64,000 nt of DNA from Owenia fusiformis (taxonomy: Eukaryota): NCBI GenBank assembly GCA_903813345.2, contig CAIIXF020000001.1, positions 48,112,001 to 48,176,000 on the forward strand, read 5' to 3'. Position numbers and translations under genes: made by a program. Below the pieces are notes generated by a model. It searched no databases. It was not told the origin of the DNA and was given only the letters and a program-made list of their open reading frames with translations. This document shows positions 51,564 to 62,660 of the stretch, in pieces (the first letter of the stretch is position 1; each line of letters begins with the position of its first letter).

Positions 51564-52076
51564 ATCACATTTCTAATAATTGTCAGAGAATTATTTTCAC
51601 TGAACTCACTCTACTGAATGAAGCAAACTATGAATTTACCAATAATGAGTTTATCATTTGACAACTTCAGGACTGTATGTAAGTGTAATTGAATGATACA
51701 AGGAATTTAAAGCGTGAACTGGGAAAATATAGTAAAAGAATGAGGAAGATTACATGTGAAGAACAAACAACTTTCTATGTTTTTTATTCCTTATTATCAG
51801 TGTGCATCTCTTCTCTTCAAATCAAAGAGTTACTTTAAAGAAAATATTTTAAATAAAACGAAACTAGAGTTAGCGTCACCCTTACTTGGTGAATACATTA
51901 TTTATTTATAGTTACTACAGATCTATAGCAGAGTGAAGTGTTCTTTAGATCATTTTTGTTTATTCTTGAGTACATTTTCATGTCATGTGATTTGCATATT
52001 AAAACGAAAGTAAGGTACACAAAACCAAAAGGCATCATTAACAACATAGCTTCTGTTGCATAATTTACTCACAGCA

Positions 52077-52960
52077 ATGTCACATGACTTAGAATTAATA
52101 GAAAAGGATGCAAACAATAATGATAAGAATGAAACTAATAGGAACGCTGAAGCTGATGACCAAGAGCAACTCATCGATTGCTCAGAATCTGAAAGTTCTG
52201 ACACATATAAAAAGAAGAAATTCAACTTTGGAAGAGCGAAAGCAATTGTAATAGGCATTGCAATTATCGTAGTGATGCTTCTTGTTACAACAGTACCTCT
52301 GATCATAAAAGGTAAGATGGCTTTAGATCATGAAACCTAGGCTGTGTTTTTGAACTGCCTGAGGCGCAAGTCAGTTGCATAATATTTAATGAGATTTCTC
52401 CCCAGGTAGATGTTTTTGTAGAAAACGTGCGACCATGTTAATCGGTCCGCAGGGCCTTTTTCATGATAATCATGGAGTAATAAGACATATAAACATTACG
52501 CAATTGACTTGAGTTGTTGCCATTCAAAAACGCAGCCCTAGTGTTAGTGTACGAGTCTAGTTATAAACTACCCTCTGTCGTCGAGTATAGACTATATTAC
52601 GGTTTAGCAGCCCCACCCCAAAGATAAGTGCCTGTAACAGCCCGAGTAATAAATCATTTCAAATCTACCACGCTGACCCTCTCTCAACCAATCAGCAAAA
52701 AACGCAATTTCACCAACTGTATTCGTTTTACAGGTACAGGCAAAGACAGACAACTTTCCCAACATGGACAAATCAATGTTGCAAATGATGATAATGAAGA
52801 ACAAAAAGTGACTACAGAAAATACTTTGGATTATGTGCCAACAATTCATAGAAACCTGGAACATAAAAATATAAGCTACACATCAAACGGAACAAAGGCT
52901 GACATGTGTAAAATTCATTCACATATCTTACCTAACACATGTAAACTTTGGGCCAATTGA
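52077..52960 (+). CDS. Candidate 2-exon single-pass (type II) membrane protein, 153 aa, family unknown
   Basis: Exon 52077-52311 (acidic N-terminus, KKKK, TM AIVIGIAIIVVMLLVTTVPLII, G|gtaag) joins in phase 1 to exon 52734-52960 (tttacag acceptor; NIS and NGT sequons). Confidence 0.6.
52340..52537. mobile_element. PIF/Harbinger-type MITE in the intron of the 52-kb gene
   Basis: CTA|GGCTGTGTTTTTGAA ... TTCAAAAACGCAGCC|CTA. Confidence 0.7.
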
Positions 52961-53524
52961 TTCAATTCAAAAATAGAAAGTTTTTGTAGACCTGTACAAG
53001 AGTGAACATTATATGCTATGCAACCATGTGTGCTGGTCATACTATCATCTAAAGCTAAAAAGAAATAGTTTAGCTAGACACAAAGCAAAATGAAACCGAT
53101 TTGATAAGCTGACTTACTCAGAAACTATGAATAACATTATTTACAGTTTAGTTTTTTTTAATTTCATTTTATCTTTATCATTATAACTTTATAAAAATAT
53201 CAGAATATCACATAATCTACTTAACTGTCTACTAATGTTGAATATATATCATGTAAATCAGGCATACATGTAATTACAATGCTTACATATCTTATCAAAT
53301 ACATGTACTGTATGTCATATAGTAATACTTTATATAAATAAATCATTCTTGTCATTTCAGTTTCTTTTTTTAACTTACGAATATATGTTTTGTATGGATG
53401 CCATTTACCTATAAGACAGAATAAAAAACGATGACAATAAATCTTTCAGTATATGAGCAGACAATATATATATAGCCATCCCCTGTTTATCTGGCAATCT
53501 TTACCAATGACATCATCTAAGTCC

Positions 53525-53793
53525 ACCCGTATAGCTCAGTGGTAGCAAGGGTACCTCTTACGCAATAGGTCCCAGATTCGATCCCCAGTTCAGGCAAGAC
53601 TTAATTTGCTTGTTTGCGTAAAATACTTCAGGGTGTTTGACTGAGTGGTCCACAACTCGTACAAAAGGCTGTGGTGTGTACTTGTATGTCTATGTATGAG
53701 TGCACATAAAAGAACACAGGACTCCTTCAAGGAGAGGTTTCTGGATCTATCTTCCAGGCCAATTACATTAATTATGACCATATATACGGAATA
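53525..53793 (+). mobile_element. tRNA-derived SINE (Meta-domain-like body), interrupted by the 53804-55698 element; the tail probably continues at 55709-55750
   Basis: A box TAGCTCAGTGG (53532-53542), B box GATTCGATCCC (53575-53585); body AAAGGCTGTGGTGTGTACTTGTATGTCTATG...GTGCACATAAAAGA resembles, from memory, the conserved central domain of metazoan Meta-type SINEs. Confidence 0.7.
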
Positions 53794-53803
53794 TACCCAA
53801 GAG

Positions 53804-55698
53804 GGGTTTGTAGAAAAAACTGGGTACCGGGTACCGGGTAGTAAATCCTCCATGCTGGGTTCAAACCTGGTACCCGGTCGAAAAAACCGGGTACCCAAAA
53901 AACGAAAAATACGATTATATAACATATTTAGATCATTGGAAAACGTGTAAGATTTGTTTTGAATATACAAAAATGTATGTAACTTCCTTCAAAATTGAGC
54001 TAGAAGCTTCAAATAAAAAGCATTTTAAGGTTCTTTTCTTCCTCTATCATCATGGTCATATTTTCATAGGTTATGGGGTGGGGTGCGATCGCCTATGACA
54101 TTGTAAGACGTAACAATTTACACTTCTACTTAAATTATGATTAATAATCAAAATCTTACACGTTGCATCATGTAAATTAACCAATTAACACACGTCACCT
54201 CTCTGCTAAAGTAACGATAGCTATTTACAGATTTAAATCATAATCAAAACTGTTCACGTACCAACATACGAACTATTGAAATTAGAGGTGACGAAAAATT
54301 TCGAACGGAATGCGTGACATATACGTGATTCGCGTGAAAAGTCCGAACGGATTGCGTACGTTTTTTTTGGTGTTCGTATTTTTGCTGTATCGGCGAACTG
54401 TTTTAGAATTTTTTATACAGAAATATTTTTGCTTGACAATTACCAGGTAAAATACGTATTTGCGTGACATTTTCTGGCGTGACTTCAAATTCTTCAGCAA
54501 ATGCGTGACAAATACACAAATTGCGGGACAGTTGACAGGCCTAACCAGAACAACGGCAATGCCAAAGCGTAGCGAATCCCATCGAACAGAAATGGCTGGC
54601 ATTTTTACAAACGAAGCGCTTTTTCAAAATGGCCACCTTCTACCAAAAGCGTCATTTGAAATAGACGGTGTACCATGCTTATAGTATTCACATACCAAAT
54701 ATGAACAAAATCGCTCACTACTTTTCGAGTTATAGTAAAATACGTTAAAATGGCGGCCATTTTTCAAAATTGTTTTCAAAATGGCCGCCTTCTACCAAAA
54801 GTGTCATAGGACAGTGTGCTATGCTTATAGTATTCACATACCAAATATGAACAAAATCGCTCTACTACTTTTCGAGTTATAGTAAAATACGTTAAAATGG
54901 TGGCCATCTTGAAAAATGGCCGCCTTCTACCAAAAGTGTCTTTAGACAGTGTGCAATGCTTATAGTATTCACACACCAAATATGAAAAAAATCGCTCCAC
55001 TATTTTTTGAGTTACAGCAAAAATCGTAAAATGACGAGTAAAGGCCGCCATTTTTCAAGATGGCTGCCATGTGCTTTTTTAATATCTACATTTGTAGCAT
55101 TATTAATGTCCTTCATAATTTTTTACATTTAAAACATATTGCTATTACAGTTTTACATATTGCACCTAAATTACTGTAAAATCGTCACTAAAATGGCCGC
55201 CATTTTGAAATGAGCGGCCATTTTGAAAATCGGCTTTCGAGCAGAACTTCTACTCCCATAGGGTATATGTGTACAAAATATGAACAAAATCGGGCCAACG
55301 GTATTTGAGTTATTGCCCGGACGGACGTCATTTGTTATTGCTACATTACGGACGAACGTACGTCCGTACGTACGGACGGACGGACGGAGGCGTTCCCTAT
55401 ATCCCTCCGAACTTCGTTCGATGGGATAATAACCGATGAAAATATGACCATGATGATAGAGGAAGAAAAGAGCCTTAAAATGCTTTTTATTTGAAGCTTC
55501 TGGCTCAATTTTGAGGGAAGTTACATACATTTTTGTATATTCAAAAAAAATTTTACACGTTTTCTAATGATCTAATTATGTTGTATATTCGTATTTTTCG
55601 TTTTTTGGGTACCAGGTTTTTTGACCGGGTACCGGGTACCAAGTATGAACCCAGCATGGAGGATTTACTACCCGGTACCCGGTTTTTTCTACAAACCC
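53804..55698. mobile_element. Non-autonomous DNA transposon with about 270-bp TIRs and a 10-bp TSD (Mutator-like; hAT is the alternative reading)
   Basis: TACCCAAGAG|GGGTTTGTAGAAAAAA ... TTTTTTCTACAAACCC|TACCCAAGAG; arms 53804-54074 and 55429-55698; repeated GGGTACC sub-terminal motifs. Confidence 0.85.
54440..55431. mobile_element. Helentron-type HINE inside the long-TIR element
   Basis: Three 135-152 bp tandem units (CTTCTACCAAAAG at 54637, 54789 and 54924), GACG microsatellite at about 55350-55390, 3' hairpin ATCCCTCCGAAC-ttc-GTTCGATGGGAT; the 5' boundary is approximate. Confidence 0.7.
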
Positions 55699-55773
55699 TA
55701 CCCAAGAGGTATTGCTCATCTTCATTGGTGGTAAACAAAATACAATCACAGTGTTACATTTTGTCATACGTAC

Positions 55774-55842
55774 CTTGAAAAGTGTGTCGGACCTTCCAGT
55801 ACATGTGCATCCCAATCCTAGCATGATTGTAGCTGACGACAT
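55774..55842 (-). CDS. Candidate FAK alternative first coding exon (MSSATIMLGLGCTCTGRSDTLFK)
   Basis: ATG to AAG|gtacgt, phase 0. Confidence 0.4.
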
Positions 55843-57098
55843 ATGTGAAACAATACTTATTGGACAATCACTGATAAATATCCAGGAACAACATTCAACT
55901 TAACCTAAGTCTTCATAAATCTTGTTCTCATCCACATTCACTGATTAGATGACCATGTGTAACATGTTTTTAATCCAGAGATTAAATGGTAGACTAATAT
56001 CCCCTTATATCCTTGTCCTTATACTCTCTGTGTTATGCTTACTGTATCCTTCAACTCAGTATTTATAAATTGTGGTCCAGTCGTTTCCAAACCACTTCAA
56101 AATTCATTTATCTTTTTCTAAGTAGCCCAAAGTAAGTAAAGATGTTTTTCCAGTGGACAGGTCGTGTGAGTCACAGCATGAATTCATAAACATTCAAATT
56201 CACTGAATATTAGGAATAAAACAGGTCGGATAAAACACATACTGTGATGAGTTCATCAAATCGTGCTAATGACCAACCAGTACTGTGTATGTAGGCTATG
56301 GCCAAACCTTCAGGTATTAATTATCCCTGTGTAATATCATCAATCCAACTTGGGCTGTGTATCTATACTTATCCATTCATTTGGGAGGTTTGTTCAAGTG
56401 AAATATTGTTAATCGGATGAGGTTCGACTAGGTCAAATAAACCTATCTGTGAACCTAGTTCTTCAAGCTGGTAGCAATAGACATGCCTTGATTTCTCATG
56501 AAATTCCAACTATCCCTTCTGTTTGTTTCATCAAACAGACTTTTCAATATCTTCATTCTCAACAACTCAGTCTTGATACCATTCCTTTCCTTGCATTAAG
56601 TCGACATTGCAATTAGTATTTATTGCAGTGTAATTATAGCCATAATTACAGGTGTAACCCAGATGTAATAATCCTATACGCGCTAACTTTTAACTTACGA
56701 AATATTCTTATCTCCGCGTTGAAGAGTTCAGTTTCGTGGTACAACTTTCTCAACATCCGGGCACTTTCCCATTGGAATAACATTGGCGGTGATTTTCAAT
56801 GACGCATTGGGACTTTATTAGATGTTTATCATAACTTTTATTTGCACATACGATAGATATGATCATTATAAAGACATTTGACAAGTTTTTAAAAAATATA
56901 TTCACCAGAACCGTCAAAATCATAAGTTGAAAATTCCAGTGACGTCACAGATTTCCCGGAAGTTGCTCAGTTCCCGGAACTTGCTCAGACGCCATTGAAA
57001 ATAATTATCGAAGCAAATTGAATTTCCATCTTCTTTTCTACTTATTGTCTGGATTATAGAATATTATTATACATATGTACTAATGTTGGATCGGGATA

Positions 57099-59111
57099 AT
57101 GCCAGTGAAGCACTGCGCGGCTGGAAATTGCACAAGCGATAGCAGAAAACTCAAAAACTTGGAAAAGCATCCATGGATGAAAAACATTTTATTTTTTGAA
57201 TTTCCAAAAAATGAGGATAAACAAATTTGGATATCAAAGACAAAACGGGTAGACCCCAAGGACAATAGAAAACCATGGACCCCTCCGCCACACGCTGTTC
57301 TGTGTTCAAGACATTTTGTAGACTCAAAACCAACTGATTCCAACCCCCACCCTACACTTTTTGATTATAATGGCTACCAGATAGATAGGCCCAGGACTCT
57401 GAGCAGTAGAAATGCTCAAGATGTTTCACTCCGATCAGGTGTCAAGAGGAAAAGTTTGACTGAAATGTACAATACAAGAAAGGGTTTCAAACCAGGCCTT
57501 TCAAATGTCATTGAGCTTGATAGTGATGGTGATTCCAATGTTGCGACGAGTGAAGTGACTGAAGTCATTGTTGATGTAAGTAGACAAATCATTCAGCCTG
57601 GACCACCCTTGTTAGTAAAGGAACATGTGAAATCTCAATAAATAATCAATTTTTTATGTTGTCACTTGTACGACCCAGTAATTTGAACAAGAAAACTCAA
57701 ATCATCGATACATCATTCATTCATTTAGGCATTAAGGCTATGTCTTCCTTATATGGATTGCCAAAACTTAGCTGTGAAATATTGCATCATTCTTGACTTA
57801 TGGATATTCCCTAGTTTTATATCATTTTTAGGTTGCAGCAAAATGTGAGTGCCAAGCATGTTAAATTAAATGTTTGTATTTGTGTTATTGTAGGACCAGA
57901 TACCGATTGGTGCAAATGAAGAGATAGCAGAACAAGCATCAAAACCTGACAAACCTATCAACTGTGGAGCTGTGTTTGAGATTCACAAAATACCAAGCAA
58001 GGAACACAACTATGCATATATGGACAGTTCTCATATGCAAATTAAGGGCCCAACAAATGATATTGCAACGCAGACAGACTGCGATTCGATACGATTCGAT
58101 GAGATGTTTAGCGCTTATGAGAGGTTGCAGGACAAGAATCAACTGAGGAGGGACCTCTTTCTTGAAAAAGTCCTGGAAAATGACAAAAGCATCAAAAGAT
58201 ACACAGGAGTCCCAGGCAATGAAGTATTACTTGGACTATTTGAATTGATTTCAAAATCAACTAATAACTTTAAGAATATCTTCTACTGGAAAGGTGGCAA
58301 GAACACTAAGCAAGAGAACTTTGGTAAGACCCACAAGACACGAAAGAGAATTTTAACGCACTTTGAAGAATTCATACTGACTTTAGTTCGTTTCCGCCTG
58401 GGACTGCTTGGTTGGGTTATGGCAGATCTGTTTGGTGTATCCAATTCAGTGACATCAAGTGTCTTCACTACATGGATCAATATTATGAATCGTGTTTTCT
58501 CCCCATTCATTAAATGGGCGTCGAAGAAAACAACAAGGAAGAATCTTCCTTCTGGATTTAAGATGGACTACCCTAACACAAGGGCCATTATTGACTGTAG
58601 CGAGTTTTTTGTGGAGAAACCGTCAAATCCAACTGCCCAGAGCTGTACATACAGCACATATAAATCGCATAATACTGCCAAAGTACTCTTTTCTATCAGT
58701 CCCTGGGGCTCATTTAATTTTGTCTCCAAACTTTATGGAGGTAATGCATCTGATCGCTTCATTACCAAGGACTCCGGTTTCGTGGATCAAGTAGAGGAAG
58801 GAGACAGTATAATGGCTGACAGAGGGTTTACAATTCAGGACCTTCTTTTAAGGAAGAAAGCTGTCTTGAATATGCCTCCTTTCACTCACAAAACAAAGAA
58901 GGGTAAGGGAAAACGGCTAAATTCAAAGGAAATTCAGAAAACGCGGAGGATTGCTAAACTGCGTATACATGTGGAACGTGCGATTGGTCGTCTGAAATGG
59001 TTCCGCTTGATAGGGAATATTATTCCATTGACTCTGAAACCCTTGTTGAACCAGATGGTAAATGTTGCCGCATTTTTGTGCAATCTCTCACCCCCTCTGG
59101 TGAAAAAGTGA
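57099..59111 (+). CDS. Transposase: THAP zinc finger + HTH + DDE_Tnp_4-type catalytic domain; exons 57099-57575 and 57894-59111, 564 aa
   Basis: THAP CAAGNC...FEFP...W...LCSRHF...PTLF; phase-0 intron gtaagt...ttgtag; LTLVRFRLG..MADLFGVS (HTH); RAIIDCSE, IMADRGF, RIHVERAIGRLK (D, D, E). Confidence 0.92.
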
Positions 59112-59184
59112 ACTGAACACTGTCTTTAAAACTGTGTATTATGAAAGACTTTCTCTGGATGAAGTAATTAACTTGTAGACATAG

Positions 59185-61000
59185 TATTTAAAGTGTCAAT
59201 ATTGCATTTATACCAGTATATTACAGTATTATCATTATTGCTTGCAATCAGAACTACATGTAATATCATATATTGTGTAAGTTTTCCTTTGCTGGGATCT
59301 CTTAAGTTGACACTTTATGCTTTGGGATCTCTTAAGTCACTTTGTCAGGCATAAAATTTAAAGTGGCAATATTACAATTATATTATACCAGTATTTTAGT
59401 ATTATTTATTATTGTTTGCAATCAAAAGTAGATGCAATTTCATATATTGTGCATGTTTTCCTTTTCTGGGATTTCTTAAGTTCATACTGTGGATCTGCCA
59501 ACTTGTATCAAGCCTGTCATATTAAATAGCTGCCAAAATCAATATTTCAATCTTGTTTATATTGCAAGTCCGCAAAATGAAGTAGCCGCCAAATGTTTAT
59601 AACAGCCAATCCACCAAAATTAATAGTGCCAATATAAGTAGAAGTACTGTATTGTACAGATTTGCTTATCTTTAAGCCACTCACTCACTTGTACTGGGAT
59701 ATTATTATGTCACTTGGTCAGAGATAGAATTTAAAGTGACAATATTGCATTGATACCAGTAAATTACAGTATTATTATTTTTTGCAATCAAAGGTACATG
59801 CAGTATCATATATTTTGCAAGTTTTCCTTTGCTTGGAAGTCAACATATTTGCTTGTACTGAGATCTCTTATGTCAATTAGTCAGACATTGAATTTAAAGT
59901 GGCAATATTGCATTCATACCAGTAAATTACATTAATATTTTTATTGTGTACATTTTCCTTTGCTGGGTACTCAACATGTTTGCTTGTTCTGTGAGCTCCC
60001 ATGTCAATTAGTCAGACATTGAATTTAAAGTGGCAATATTGCATTTATACCAGTAAATTACATTAATATTTTTACTGTGTACATTTTCTTTTGCTGGGTA
60101 CTCAACATGTTTGCTTGTACTGAGATCTCTTATGTCAATTAGTCAGACATTGAATTTAAAGTGGCAATATTGCATTCATACCAGTAAATTACATTAATCT
60201 TTTTATTGTTTGAAATCAAAAGTACATGCAGTATCATATATTGTGTACATTTTCCTTTGCTGGGTACTCAACATGTTTCCTTGTACTGGAATCTCTTATG
60301 TCACTTAGTCAGACAATGAATTTAAAGTGGCAATATTGCATTTATATCAGTAAATTTCATTATTATTTTTATTGTTTGCAATCAAAGGTACATGCAGTTT
60401 CATATATTGTGTACATTTTCCTCAATATATTTGCTTGTACTGGGGTCCCTAATGTCACTTAGTCAGACATAGAATTTAAAGTGACAATATTGCATTTTGT
60501 GTATTGGACAATATTTTTTTTGCTTGGATCTCTTAGGCTTATACTGTAGTGTACATATTTACATATACTGTGATCTCTTAAGTCACTTAACACGTTGGTG
60601 ATAATATCAGATTTTAAAGTCACAATATTACATTTAATATTGGAAAACATTTAGATTTTAAAGTGTTTATCATTCAGAAATATGTGTACATCACAAAGTC
60701 CCTGATGCCCTGGGGAGATGCACATATTTCCCTTGGTATAAACCATATATCCAAAATCTCCCTGTATATAACCTTTTACTTTATATGTATTTTCACATAT
60801 TTTGTAATATGCCAATCTGGAATCTCTTAGGCCTGGTCATGAAATTTAAAGTGGCATATTTATCTGTATTATATTTTATATGGTGGAATCTCTTACTAGT
60901 CATACAATTTTAAGTGGGATTGCATTTGCAATCAAGTTGTGAAAACTCAGTCAAGAAATATGTATTTTAAAGAGGCAATATTGCACTTTTTATCTGTATT
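59185..61000. repeat. Tandem array of 130-165 bp units (TTTAAAGTGGCAATATTGCATT...), degenerate at the edges
   Basis: The core recurs at about 59188, 59357, 59730, 59892, 60023, 60154, 60320, 60474, 60845 and 60967. Confidence 0.85.
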
Positions 61001-61899
61001 ATATTTTGATTATGATGGAATCTTAATCATAGAATTCAAAATTGCTTCCAATTCTGCAGTATACTGTACATGGTTTTGCCTATGATGGAATCTCTTTGTC
61101 AAATAATTCAAAGAGGCGTTATTGCATATTCAGTTTTACATTGATTTGCAACACTGCCTTTGTGAAACCTCAGTCAAGAAATATTTAGAAGCTATATTGC
61201 ACTTTTCACCTGTATCATATTGTATTATATTTTGTTCATATGTTAACATCATTAGTTAGAGTTTTACAAAGGGTTTGCTATATACTCAAAGTGATTTGAT
61301 ATGGTAATACCACATGAGGGAGTATTCACTATTTTTTTATATTGATATCCACTTTATGTCATGTATGTAGTCAAATATATTGAAAATAAACTTGTTTATA
61401 TGACCCCTGTATATTCTGAGTGTTTTTTAAGTTGTTGAAATATTAAACAAATGTTGAATCACAATAATAAAAAACTTGGTAACCATAAAAACTTGCTGGT
61501 GGTTGTGACATTGTAATATTTAACTGCAATTTTGTATCCATCTAACTTTTTCAGTTGTGAAAAAAACTTTGAAATAGACCTATATCAAAAATAAACTTGT
61601 TATATGACCCATGTACATAACTTTGGCTGGAATCTGGCCGACTGGGTATTCTGGTCAAAACTGTATACAATTTTAAACAAAATACTTACTCGGCTGGGTG
61701 CAGGTCAATGAATTGGAGCAAATGTGACCCAGGCATAAGTCTTCACTTCTGTTTATGTAAGTTCATTTATTTTTGCTCCCTTTTTAAAAACCAAAATTAA
61801 ATAATGCCAAACAGCCTACCAGTGTGAAAAAATGAAACAAAAATGGCAACTTCAGTTTCGTTAAGTTTATTCCTAGACAGTATTATAGTATAACATATT

Positions 61900-62660
61900 C
61901 ATTATACATACAAATTATAAAATGCAATTTAACTGAATGTTAATGTTATATGGTTATCTATATTGATAATTATCAGGTCAAGTATTGCCAATAAGTCTTG
62001 GCATTATTCAACCATTATAGAATACACTCAGTTTGTTCTCAATGACATTAATAGACATACAAATCAGAAATGCAATTTAACTGACTGTTAATGTTATATC
62101 CATATTGATAATTGTCAATTTAACTGTCATTATTCTCCTATTATAGAATACATTCAGTTTATTCTCCATGACATTAATTGACATGCAAATCAGAAATGCA
62201 ATTTTAACTGGCTGTTAATGTTATATCCATATTGATAATTGTCAATTTAACTGCCATTATTCACCTATTATAGAATACATTCAGTTGTCAATTTAACTGC
62301 CATTATTCACCTATTATAGAATACATTCAGTTTATTCCCCATGACATTAATAGACATACAAATCAGAAATGCAATTTTAACTGACTGTTAATGTTATATC
62401 CATTTTGGTAACTGTCAAATTAAATTATTGTCGAATTTATTGGCCAATAAGGCTCAACATTATCCTGTTATCCAACTATATAGAATACATTCAGTTTATT
62501 CTCCATGACATTAACAGATTAATAATAGACATACAAATTAGAAATGCAATTTAACTGACTGTTAATGTTAAATGGTTATCCATATTGATTGATAATTATC
62601 AAGTTTTATCTGCCAATAAGTCTTGGCATTATACACCTATTATAGAATGCATTCAGTTTT
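61900..62660. repeat. Tandem array (about 5 units of 127-177 bp) overlapping and derived from the 3' end of the YqaJ gene
   Basis: AATGCAATTT(T)AACTG at about 61921, 62069, 62196, 62367 and 62544; TATTATAGAAT.CATTCAGTTT is shared with the CDS at about 62639-62660. Confidence 0.85.

Noticed and set aside
53525..53597. tRNA gene
   Set aside because: A and B boxes are present, but the stems pair poorly and the sequence continues into a SINE-like body.
53590..55778. Paired ORFs on both strands (53590-53970, 53645-53950, 55533-55778 and others)
   Set aside because: They are mirror-image translations of the TIRs and HINE repeats.
59185..62660. CRISPR-like array next to a Cas4-related (PD-(D/E)xK) nuclease
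   Set aside because: The units are repeated along their whole length (130-177 bp), with no unique spacers between short constant repeats; these are ordinary tandem repeats in a eukaryotic transposon.
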